Assembly: GCA_045862955.1 (NCBI GenBank)
Contig: BTVI01000032.1
Coordinates: 1 to 38,688, forward strand
From: Fimbriimonadales bacterium
GTDB taxonomy: Bacteria > Armatimonadota > Fimbriimonadia > Fimbriimonadales > JABRVX01
Length of the DNA: 38,688 nucleotides
Direction of reading: 5' to 3'
Positions 10,677-19,101 of the stretch are shown piece by piece. The position numbers and the translations under genes were made by a program. The notes beneath the pieces are model-generated. The model had not been told where the DNA came from and did no database searches. It saw nothing but the letters and a program-made list of their open reading frames with translations. The stretch's first letter is position 1, and each line of letters opens with the position of its first letter.

Positions 10677-11231
10677 CTATGCCAGGTAGGTTCGCTCCAG
10701 CCTCTCCATCATTTCGTGCAGCTTCTCGTGCACACCCTCGCCGATTCGATCGCGCTCCAAGGTCTCGAACGCCGCAACGAGCTCACCGTCCTGCTCCGGG
10801 GTGAGACGGGACTCGGCCATCGGAAACAGCACGTTGTTCTCTTTGGCGATGTGGCTATCCAGCAAGCCGATGTACTCGCGAGCTGCCGAGGCAAACTCGT
10901 GGCGGGCGGCAGAGTCTCCCGCCAGGCACCCATCCACCGACCCCCTGATTCGGGCAACCAGCGACCGGCCCAGCGTGTGCTCGTACAACATGACGCCGAT
11001 CGGCCCGCCGTCTCGGGGAATACCCGCCTTTTCGAGCAAGGGGAACAGCGTCTCCTCTTCCTTCCCGTGATGGCACTTGTCGGCGAACACGCTAAAGAAC
11101 TCGCCGATTCCCCGCAGGTCCTCCTCGGAGACTTGCTCGCCACCCTCGATGCGTGCGGCGAACACACCCAGGACCCCGAGCATCCTGCGGATCGCCTCGT
11201 GCTCTTCCACCAGCTCTGCGATTGCTCTCAT
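10677..11231 (-). CDS. Hemerythrin-like (HHE) domain protein
   Basis: EEH, HHGKEEETLFP, EHTLGR and HIAKENNVLFPM motifs; AGGAGG RBS. Confidence 0.9.
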   Translation of the reverse strand: MRAIAELVEEHEAIRRMLGVLGVFAARIEGGEQVSEEDLRGIGEFFSVFADKCHHGKEEETLFPLLEKAGIPRDGGPIGVMLYEHTLGRSLVARIRGSVDGCLAGDSAARHEFASAAREYIGLLDSHIAKENNVLFPMAESRLTPEQDGELVAAFETLERDRIGEGVHEKLHEMMERLERTYLA

Positions 11232-11282
11232 CTCTCCCCTCCTGCTGTCGCGGATTGGCACCGCGACCGTATGCGAGCCTTC

Positions 11283-11324
11283 AGGCTACTGGCGGAGAGG
11301 AGAGGTGAACATGACGCGTATCAT
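11283..11324 (-). promoter_or_regulatory. Putative CRP/FNR-family box (ATGA-N6-TCAT) with -10 TAGCCT
   Basis: Palindrome at 11311-11324, centred about -41.5 from the start predicted by TAGCCT (11288-11283). Confidence 0.45.
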
Positions 11325-11375
11325 AGGGTGGGCCTTTCGCCGCCCCAGCGATGCTCCTCCGGCGGGACGCCGGAA

Positions 11376-11576
11376 TTACTCCACAGGCGGGAAGCCGATC
11401 TCGCTCAGCTTCGCCTTGGCCGACTCTACGGCAGCTTCCTCGCCCTCGAGGCGAACGATCTTGGACGCTACATCCACCTGCACGGACGTAAGGCCCGAGT
11501 GACCCTCCAAAGCTCGCTCGATCGAGCCCGCGCAGCCCTCACACTCGATGTCGGGGCACTTCAGCTCTAGCGTCAT
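11376..11576 (-). CDS. Heavy-metal-associated (CopZ-like) metallochaperone
   Basis: 66 aa with I-x-CxxC (IECEGC) and C-terminal IGF; ATGA overlap with upstream gene. Confidence 0.85.
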   Translation of the reverse strand: MTLELKCPDIECEGCAGSIERALEGHSGLTSVQVDVASKIVRLEGEEAAVESAKAKLSEIGFPPVE

Positions 11577-12928
11577 ACTTTTCCCCCTCGTTGCTTCTCG
11601 ATTACATCCAACGACATCCGGGCCAACTCCGTCAGCCGAAGCCGCTGGTAGCCTACGACACCCGTCTCGATGGTGTCGTTCAGCGGCGCTGTCCACTCTT
11701 CGGGCAGCCGCGATGCTCCCAGCTTCGCGCCGAGAACGGAGCCTACCGTCGCTGCGTTACAGTCCGTGTCGAAGGCTGCCTGCACTGCACGGCACACGCT
11801 CGCACCGAAGTCCCCCTCGCCATACAGCAGCGCCATGGTCACGATGGCAGCGTTCGAGATGACATGGCACCAGTGGTGAAAACGCTTCTCGTCCCACTCG
11901 GCGTGGATGCGCTCGCAGGCGTCATCGTAGGGTAGCCCCATCTCGTGCCAGTCCATCACCGTGCGAATCCAATCGGCCAGGCGGCACCGCGCCGGGATCT
12001 GTGCCAGTCCCGCTTCCACGATGGCGCGAGGGCTATCTAGCGAGAACGCCGCCGCATTCATCGCGGCGGACCACATCGCACCGTAGATGCCGTTCTTCAC
12101 GTGGCTGATGCAGGCGTCACGCCAAGCCAACGCAGCGGCCGTCTCGGGATCGCCAGGACACGCGTACCCCCACCCGTCGGCCCGGATCTGCGCACCGATC
12201 CACTCGCGGTACGGATTGCGATACGAGCCCGAATGCGGAGGGGCGATGCCGGCAACCAGATTGCGGTACGCCACCCTCTCGGCGGTGAAGGTCCGTAGCA
12301 CGGGCAACCGGGTGAGCCATTCTTCCGCGATGTCCTCGGACGTGAAGGCGTCGCCCTGCTTCTGCAGCACCACGTGGGAGAGCACCGTGTAGTTCAGGTC
12401 ATCGTCCTCCGGCAGCCCGTTCACCCGCTCGATGAACGCCCCTCGGTCCGCAGGCACTTCGTACTTCTCCAGGACATTCGGTGGCGCATCACCTCGGATG
12501 TATCCTTTCAACGGGAATGCGTTGGTGTCGCGGAGGTATCCGTGGAGCCGCTCCCGGTGCCAACCCTCTACTGGCTTACCGAGCAGACACCCGGCCGCAC
12601 GGCCCACCCAGGCCCCATGGAGCCGGTCCAACAGGCCCTCGCGGTCCAGGGAGTGGCCTGGAACCTGGGGCGACTCGGGCCTCTCCTCCCGGATGTGTCG
12701 CAGGTCGGAGGGCTCCCTGTATGGGTAGTCCGGGCGTAGCGCGAGGGCATGCATCTGGTCCAGGAATTTGCCGGCCTGCTCTTGCGCTGCTTTCCAAGAA
12801 AGGTCCGTGGCCATCAGCCGCTCCGCTTCTGCCCGAAGCTCGGGGGGAACGGCCCGCCCCTCTTCGATGGAAGCGGCCAGCTCGATCTCGATGTCCTCGC
12901 GTGTTACGGCGAGCGCGTGGAGGTTCAT
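11573..12928 (-). CDS. ADP-ribosylglycohydrolase family protein
   Basis: GCLLGKPVEG, EDDDLNY, NPYREWIGAQIRAD, SHVKNGIYG and DTDCNAATVGS motifs; ATGA overlap with upstream gene. Confidence 0.9.
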   Translation of the reverse strand: MNLHALAVTREDIEIELAASIEEGRAVPPELRAEAERLMATDLSWKAAQEQAGKFLDQMHALALRPDYPYREPSDLRHIREERPESPQVPGHSLDREGLLDRLHGAWVGRAAGCLLGKPVEGWHRERLHGYLRDTNAFPLKGYIRGDAPPNVLEKYEVPADRGAFIERVNGLPEDDDLNYTVLSHVVLQKQGDAFTSEDIAEEWLTRLPVLRTFTAERVAYRNLVAGIAPPHSGSYRNPYREWIGAQIRADGWGYACPGDPETAAALAWRDACISHVKNGIYGAMWSAAMNAAAFSLDSPRAIVEAGLAQIPARCRLADWIRTVMDWHEMGLPYDDACERIHAEWDEKRFHHWCHVISNAAIVTMALLYGEGDFGASVCRAVQAAFDTDCNAATVGSVLGAKLGASRLPEEWTAPLNDTIETGVVGYQRLRLTELARMSLDVIEKQRGGKV

Positions 12929-13830
12929 TCGGGTTCGGGGACCTCCGATGCCATGCGGCATAGTTCCTCTTCGAGAGGAGTATCCTCGTCAGGAAGCTCC
13001 ACGCCTTCGAAGAGGCCCCAGGTCTCCACGTGAGTGGCTCGCTCGCCGGGGAGGATCACCTGCATCGGGCCGAGCGACTCTAGCTCGAGCATCCGCTCGT
13101 TGGTATAGGTCTCGAAGTTACAGCCAAAATCCGGGTACTCGTCTGCCTCGCACGGGAAGCGCTTGACGAACACACGGTCGCCGTTTCGATAGGCCGCCCA
13201 GCCCGCAGTCACGAGTGCACCCACTTTCTGCGGGGTCGTCGCCACGGGGCTCTGGCGGAGCCGGACCAGTCGTCTACCCCACGTCCATCGCGGGTCGCTC
13301 ATGTCGGTGTACGCCCACAGCACCATAGGCCGCGCGGGCAAGAGCTGCTCGGAGTGCGGGCGATAGGGCTCCTGTGGAAAGAACGCCTGGCCACCTGGTG
13401 CCATCACGCTAAGGCACCACGGGGCGCAGTACACCTCGAACAGGCCCTCGTTGTACACCCGGTGCTCGATGCGCACGCCACCGTCCGTCAGAGAGATCTT
13501 CACTTCACGCCGAAGTCTTGTGGGCTGCTCGACCGGAGCCGTGAGGGTCAGGTTCTGTCCATCCCACTCGTGCTGAACAGGGTTGTTGTCCGGCAGGTCG
13601 GTGCGCCCTGCCACCTCGGGCGAGACCCAAAGCCGGTGTCCACCATAGCTTCGGTACTCCGAGCCGCCTGTCTTGCCCATGTCCTCCGGGAACTCGACGA
13701 ACTCGTTCGGCCCCCCATCGAACCCGAAGCGGATGATGCGGGGCCCGACTTCTAGCGTGGCGATCAGCTCGATGCGCCCATCGGTGAGCCGGGCGCACTG
13801 CTTCCATCCGCCGTACTCCACAATCTGCAT
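12925..13830 (-). CDS. DUF4380-like / galactose-mutarotase-fold protein
   Basis: VGPRII, YGGHRLWVSPE, YPDFGCNFETY and LELESLGP motifs; AAGGAG RBS. Confidence 0.7.
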   Translation of the reverse strand: MQIVEYGGWKQCARLTDGRIELIATLEVGPRIIRFGFDGGPNEFVEFPEDMGKTGGSEYRSYGGHRLWVSPEVAGRTDLPDNNPVQHEWDGQNLTLTAPVEQPTRLRREVKISLTDGGVRIEHRVYNEGLFEVYCAPWCLSVMAPGGQAFFPQEPYRPHSEQLLPARPMVLWAYTDMSDPRWTWGRRLVRLRQSPVATTPQKVGALVTAGWAAYRNGDRVFVKRFPCEADEYPDFGCNFETYTNERMLELESLGPMQVILPGERATHVETWGLFEGVELPDEDTPLEEELCRMASEVPEPE

Positions 13831-14067
13831 GGCACGCTCCTTCCCTCTCAACGGATTCGGGGAGGGCAGCACCGCTCCTGCGGTGCTGGGACCCGGCGAT
13901 GCGGATACCCCTGTCGCGGGGATCGGTGGCATCGCTGAGAAGGCGAACTCGCGCTGCAGTCCGGGGGCTGGCGATGAGGCAAGGAGGGGAGAGGCGATCC
14001 GGCGAACTCGGTTGCGAATGCCACGAGCACGCCGCTGCGCTCGACCTGCGCCCGAGGGGAGGACGCT

Positions 14068-14532
14068 ATGCTTCTCACGCCTTGCCTGCTATGGATCGCT
14101 TTGCAGAACGGTGTGCCGATGGAATGGACGCTCGAAGAAGCCCGTGACCGATGGTCGCCCATGGTCCGGCCCGTGCAACACGTCGGGATGCCCGGCTACC
14201 CCTTCCAGGTCGGGGTGATGTGGGACGGTGCCTTGGTCTTCGGACCACTGGAGTTCCTGGGGCTCGGCGTCATGCGCATGGGGACCACTTTCGGGGGTCA
14301 GGTGCAACTCTCCGCGGAGACTGCAGCTGACGGCGACTCGCTGTCGGTGCGCGTGTCTCTGCGCGGACTCAGGGTGAAGCCGAAGGAAGTGGTGTTGCGG
14401 CTGCGATCGGGGGACGGCCGCCCCCTGCGATCTGCCGAGCTAGACGGCAAGCCTCTTCCCGTGCGCGCGGACGACACGGTGCTACTACCGACCACCCTAT
14501 CCGGCGAGTTCGAGGTTATCGGCAGGTTCTAG
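14068..14532 (+). CDS. Hypothetical exported protein, possibly an internally deleted remnant of a larger glycosidase-like gene
   Basis: GGAGG RBS and hydrophobic N-terminus; C-terminal half (TTFGG...LRLRSGDGRPLRSAELDGK) resembles the terminal beta domain of large glycosidase-like proteins. Confidence 0.5.
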   Translation: MLLTPCLLWIALQNGVPMEWTLEEARDRWSPMVRPVQHVGMPGYPFQVGVMWDGALVFGPLEFLGLGVMRMGTTFGGQVQLSAETAADGDSLSVRVSLRGLRVKPKEVVLRLRSGDGRPLRSAELDGKPLPVRADDTVLLPTTLSGEFEVIGRF

Positions 14533-14544
14533 GGCGTCTGAGGA

Positions 14545-14572
14545 GCGGGGCGGCCCGGTCGGGCCGCCCCGC
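14545..14572. terminator. GC-rich hairpin between convergent genes
   Basis: GCGGGGCGGCCC-GGTC-GGGCCGCCCCGC perfect 12-bp stem. Confidence 0.7.
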
Positions 14573-14598
14573 AGGTTTCTCGAGACAGACCAGTGGCC

Positions 14599-17049
14599 CT
14601 ACGGCGCACCCGTCTCACCGAAGTTCGCAAGGATGCCGTTCAGGTCTCCCAGGTCCACCCAGCCGTTGCGTGTTAGGTCGGCGAAACCGGAGGTGGTGCC
14701 GAACAGCGCGAGCACGTAGTTCAGGTCCGAAAGGTTCACGGCACCGTCGTCGTTCAAGTCACCGTTCTTCAGCGAGAAGTCGGCAACCGTGCCACTTCCG
14801 ACGACTTGGTTCGGAAGCACCTGCCGCAGCCAGGTTCCACCCTTCGCGGCGATATCGTAGGTACCACCCACCACTGATGCAATCTGGTAGTTGCCAGAGG
14901 CGTCCAGCACCACCGGGTAGCTCTCCACCAAAGTGGTAGTGCCGGGGATTCGGAATTCGATGGTCATGTCGATTCCGGCGGGCGACACATCGAGGAAGTC
15001 GAGCGCGATGCGTCCGCTCAGGCTACCCGCCTGCGCGCACTGGAAGCCGACGACCTCGAATGCGTCCACACCCGCCTCTACCACCGAACCGTTGACGAGG
15101 TCCGAGGCCGTGAAGCGAACACGCACGGTGCTAGTCGGCGCAACGAACTCGCTCACCAGGAAGCTGTTCACGAACCAGCCGCCACTCACTTGGGTGCCCG
15201 TGGGTCCGACCTGCTCGACTAACACCCAGCTGGCTCCGTTGTCGTTGGACACGTGGACTTCGAACACGTCCTCATAGGGGTTGGCGCCGTAGGAGTTGTG
15301 GAACCACCTAGCGTAGCTGACCACCGCATCGGTGCCGGTCAGGTCCAACACCGGCGAGAGGAGATATGTACTGCCACCGTCCACGTCGGTGTCACCCGCG
15401 CCGTTCTGTGTTACGTAGCAGTATCCGCTGCCGTCGTAGTCCGTGGGCGGGTCGCCTCGGGCGCCACCGCCGTTAGGAATGGCTCGCTCCCACGCACCCG
15501 CAGTCAGTCCACCGCTATTCTGCACGGTCCAGCCTTTGTTCGTCTGGAAGTTGTCCTCGAACAGCGTGGTCACCGTGGTAGCCGAGTAGGCCACATACGC
15601 GCCGTTCGGGGCGCTGGCTGGGCTCTTGTAAATGCCACCCGTGGTGGTCTCGGCACTCACGTAGTATCGAATCTGGCTGCCGCACGGCGCCCCGGGGAAC
15701 GTAGCGAGGTACTTATTCGGTTCGGTCTGCGTCATCGGGACAGCGGTGAAGCCCGAGCCGGTGTCATAGTGGAACATACCGGTGCCGGGCTGCGGCACGT
15801 TGCCGTACTCCCCTACCACTTCCACTCGCATGGTGGTACCACCCGACGGGCTCACTGCTACCGGTCTCCCGTCGGGGAACTCGAACTTCAGGCCGGCTGC
15901 ACACACGCCCTTCGGGTTGGCGAGGGCGTTGCGTAGGCCGGAGTGATTGCACCCCGTGCCGCTGTTATAGCCACCGGTTGTCGTACACCCGCCGTGGGTG
16001 TGGATGCCGATGGTCTGGCCGGTATCCTCGTTGATGACGGGCGAGCCGGAGTTGCCGCCCGTGGTATCGGTGGCATATCCAAGCTGCGTGCCGCTGAAAA
16101 GTACGTAGGGGCCTACGTGCGTCTTCTGCACCTGGTTCCACGTCGGCGACACCGGCGACGAGACGGTGCCATAGCCGGTGATACGGATGCTTTGCCCTTG
16201 TACCGCCGGCGGAGTTGCGGCCAATACATAGGATGCCCCTTGGGCTTGGTAGGGAGTGAGACCGGTGGTGCTATTCGGGAAGCAGCCGTAGTAGCACCAG
16301 TCGTTACCGACACCGCCGTTAGTGAACTGAATGGAAGACACGTCCACTGCGTACTGGTCGCTGGGCGGCGGGTGGACGATGCTACCGTTGCCATTCGACA
16401 GCGGAACATTGAACTCTGCAACTTGGAGGCTACCACCGCTCGCACAGTGCCCTGCGGTGAGCATGCATCGGTTCTGATCATCGATCATCCACCCCGTGCA
16501 GCCGACGGGCACCATTCGGCATGCCCTGGGGTCATACGAAAGCTGTCGGTCGTCCGTAGTCCCGCAGATGGACTGGATGGACACGTCACCACCTGGCAGG
16601 CCGCCGGTCGCCTCGGTGATCACGATTCGATTCGGCATGCCGTTCGGCGCAGCGATCAGCTCGAGCAGCACCGCCGGCCCGTTGAAGTACGCGCTGGTGT
16701 TCTGCCATTCCCGGATCGTCCTCGCGTTCAGAAGCTGGACGGCCCCGTCGGTCAGCGAGGTGATGCGAAGGGTGGAGCCTTCGGGATGCGTCAAGCCGTC
16801 ACCCAGGATGGCGACACCGAACCGAAGGCGGACCCAGTCTGCGTTCGGCACATATACCGTCTCCGACCACACGAGCGCCGGCTCGGCCTCCGTGTTGAAC
16901 AGAAGGCCGGAGTCCACCGACAGCGGAGTGTCGAAGCTGCGCAGCTCGGCCGTCTGGGCGAGCGCAGACCCCAGCAAGGCGCCGGCAAGAAAGACCGCGG
17001 CGAGCAGACGAGGCACCGATTGCGAGCAAACAAAAAGCCGTAAGAGCAT
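14599..17049 (-). CDS. Secreted trypsin-like (S1) serine protease with C-terminal Ig-like and dockerin-like module
   Basis: Signal peptide; TAGHC, ND and GGNSGSP catalytic motifs; paired DxNxDGxVxxxD-type repeats at C-terminus; AAGGAG RBS. Confidence 0.9.
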   Translation of the reverse strand: MLLRLFVCSQSVPRLLAAVFLAGALLGSALAQTAELRSFDTPLSVDSGLLFNTEAEPALVWSETVYVPNADWVRLRFGVAILGDGLTHPEGSTLRITSLTDGAVQLLNARTIREWQNTSAYFNGPAVLLELIAAPNGMPNRIVITEATGGLPGGDVSIQSICGTTDDRQLSYDPRACRMVPVGCTGWMIDDQNRCMLTAGHCASGGSLQVAEFNVPLSNGNGSIVHPPPSDQYAVDVSSIQFTNGGVGNDWCYYGCFPNSTTGLTPYQAQGASYVLAATPPAVQGQSIRITGYGTVSSPVSPTWNQVQKTHVGPYVLFSGTQLGYATDTTGGNSGSPVINEDTGQTIGIHTHGGCTTTGGYNSGTGCNHSGLRNALANPKGVCAAGLKFEFPDGRPVAVSPSGGTTMRVEVVGEYGNVPQPGTGMFHYDTGSGFTAVPMTQTEPNKYLATFPGAPCGSQIRYYVSAETTTGGIYKSPASAPNGAYVAYSATTVTTLFEDNFQTNKGWTVQNSGGLTAGAWERAIPNGGGARGDPPTDYDGSGYCYVTQNGAGDTDVDGGSTYLLSPVLDLTGTDAVVSYARWFHNSYGANPYEDVFEVHVSNDNGASWVLVEQVGPTGTQVSGGWFVNSFLVSEFVAPTSTVRVRFTASDLVNGSVVEAGVDAFEVVGFQCAQAGSLSGRIALDFLDVSPAGIDMTIEFRIPGTTTLVESYPVVLDASGNYQIASVVGGTYDIAAKGGTWLRQVLPNQVVGSGTVADFSLKNGDLNDDGAVNLSDLNYVLALFGTTSGFADLTRNGWVDLGDLNGILANFGETGAP

Positions 17050-17421
17050 GCTAGTCTCCTTTCCCTCGGGCCGCAGGATGCAAGAACCCTCCCAATCAGA
17101 ACAGCCCAGAGAGTCTCGCGGTTCCCCGAGCCATTCGCCTGCGGCGCGCCTCGTCGCGAGGGGTGTGTGGAGCCGGGTTAGGAAAGACGACGGGCAAACC
17201 GGTAGAACTGGCAGGAGGTAGGGGTTGCATTATCGCCCGGTATCTGATACCTTGTATGAAGAGAGCAGAGGAGAGTCCGCAGAGAGCGATCCTGCTTTCC
17301 GACCTAACAGAAGGTTCGTCAGGCGAAACAAGAGTTCTTTCTCTTGTCTGTGCAACTGCTATGGGGCCGAACCTAGGCGGCCCCACTCTCTTCGCAGCCC
17401 ATCCCCCACCTCGCGGCTCGC

Positions 17422-18813
17422 CTAGGAAATCGCAAAGTGATCGCCGTTATACGGTACGCAACATGACCAACCGAGGGAATCGCGGACCCTGTTTCGCAGT
17501 GCGTTGGCAGCCACCGGTTCCCCGTGCACCACGAAGGTCATCTTCGGCGGCTTCTTGAAGGCGGACAGCCATTCCATGATCTCGTCACTGTCGGCGTGCG
17601 CCGACAGGGCGTCAATCCTCACGATCTCTGCCTTTACGCTCAGCTCTTCGCCGAAGATGCGGACCCGCTGTTCCCCATCCACGAGCCGCCGACCGAGCGT
17701 TCCCTCCGCTTGGTACCCCACGAAGAGGACCGTGTTACGCTCGTCCTCCAACCGGTGCAATAGGTGATGCACGATGCGCCCGCCGTTGCACATGCCGGAG
17801 GACGAGATGATGATCATCGGCCCTCGAGTGTTGTTCAGCTTCTGGGACTGCTGCTGTGTGGTGACGACGCGCACTCCGGGTCCAGCGAGGGGATTGCCGA
17901 CGCTCATCAGCAGCGCCATTTCCTTGTCGTGCTCTTCCACGAAGTCGGTGTGGAGGCGTGTGGCGTTGATGGCCATCGGGCTGTCCAAGTAGATGGGCAG
18001 CTCGGGTAGCTCGCCACGTTCTCGCAGGCCGTGCAACAGGTAGAGCACCTGCTGGGCCCTTCCTATCGCGAAGGCCGGGATCAGCAGCACCCCGTCGCGG
18101 TCTGCCGTTCGGCGCACCACCTCGGCGAGCGTCTGGGCTACGTCTACGTCTTTAGGATGTACCCTATCGCCGTAAGTGGATTCCTGCACCAGGTAGTCGG
18201 CATATTCGATCACGTCCGGGTCGTTGATGATAGGAGTACCGTTGCGACCTAAGTCTCCACCGAACAAAACAGTCTCTCCCGAAGGTAGAGCGACCTCCAC
18301 GAAGGCAGAGCCGAGGATGTGCCCCGCGCAGTGGAAGCGAAAGACGAGACCCTTGGCCAGCTCGTGCCAGGTGTAATACTCCTTGCGTCGGATCAACTTC
18401 ATCGCGCCGAGGGCGTCCTCCAGCGTGTAGAGCGGCAGTGCGGGCCGGTGGTCGGTATATCCGCGCTTGTTCGCGAAGCGAGCCTCCTCCTCTTGAAGAT
18501 GCGCGCTATCGGGAAGAGAGATGGCGCAGACGGCGCCCGTCGCCGGTGTGCAGTACACGGGCCCGTGAAACCCCTCTTTGACCAGTCTCGGCAGATATCC
18601 GATGTGGTCTATGTGGCCGTGGGTGAAGATGATCGCCTCGATCGAAGCGGGCTCCACCGGAAAAGGACTCCAGTTGAGCGCTTTCAGCTCGCGGCGTCCC
18701 TGAAACAGACCGCAGTCCACCAGCACCCGATGCTTGCCACAGGTGAGGAGATGGCGGGAGCCGGTAACGGTACCGGCCGCGCCGAGAAAGTCCAGCCGAG
18801 CTTGGAGGGGCAT
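17422..18813 (-). CDS. Metallo-beta-lactamase/beta-CASP RNA-processing nuclease
   Basis: LGAAGTVTGS, DCGLFQG, THGHIDH, AGHILGS, ESTYG, SGMCNGGR and SAHAD motifs. Confidence 0.93.
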   Translation of the reverse strand: MPLQARLDFLGAAGTVTGSRHLLTCGKHRVLVDCGLFQGRRELKALNWSPFPVEPASIEAIIFTHGHIDHIGYLPRLVKEGFHGPVYCTPATGAVCAISLPDSAHLQEEEARFANKRGYTDHRPALPLYTLEDALGAMKLIRRKEYYTWHELAKGLVFRFHCAGHILGSAFVEVALPSGETVLFGGDLGRNGTPIINDPDVIEYADYLVQESTYGDRVHPKDVDVAQTLAEVVRRTADRDGVLLIPAFAIGRAQQVLYLLHGLRERGELPELPIYLDSPMAINATRLHTDFVEEHDKEMALLMSVGNPLAGPGVRVVTTQQQSQKLNNTRGPMIIISSSGMCNGGRIVHHLLHRLEDERNTVLFVGYQAEGTLGRRLVDGEQRVRIFGEELSVKAEIVRIDALSAHADSDEIMEWLSAFKKPPKMTFVVHGEPVAANALRNRVRDSLGWSCCVPYNGDHFAIS

Positions 18814-19016
18814 ACGCTTGGTTTCTCGCCCATGCCCTACGCTTCCTGTGCGGCGGCTCTCTGTCGCAAACGTGCAACAACAGTGACATGGCAAACATTT
18901 AGTCGCGCTAAAGGGTTAGGCAAGCCGATTGGTGGCGTCTGATGCCGCTTTAGAGCGGGAACTTCCGGGCATATCGGATGGTTAGATGAGGTGGAAAGTA
19001 GCGTGAATGGCGCGGT

Positions 19017-19032
19017 TGGCCCCACTATTGCA
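19017..19032 (+). promoter_or_regulatory. Putative sigma54 (-24/-12) promoter
   Basis: TGGCCCCACTATTGCA has exact GG-N10-GC spacing, about 70 nt upstream of the C25 protease start. Confidence 0.4.
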
Positions 19033-19101
19033 GGGCTGCCGAGATAGGTCCTGCTCTACCCCGAGGCGGGCCAAACGCCCTCCGTGAGGAAGGAGTTCGA
19101 A

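Noticed and set aside
9831..11570. 579-aa plus-strand ORF and other long antisense ORFs (15943-17043, 18982-20007, 36024-36905)
   Set aside because: Shadow frames of well-supported genes in GC-rich DNA.
13840..14060. Hairpins in a divergent intergenic region (CAGCACCGC-TCCT-GCGGTGCTG)
   Set aside because: No recognisable riboswitch or ncRNA consensus; insufficient support.
17050..17420. Long leader of the serine protease with GGCAAACC and GGGGAACC motifs suggesting c-di-GMP or c-di-AMP riboswitches
   Set aside because: The remaining conserved elements are missing or on the wrong strand; only generic inverted repeats are visible. An Rfam scan would be needed.
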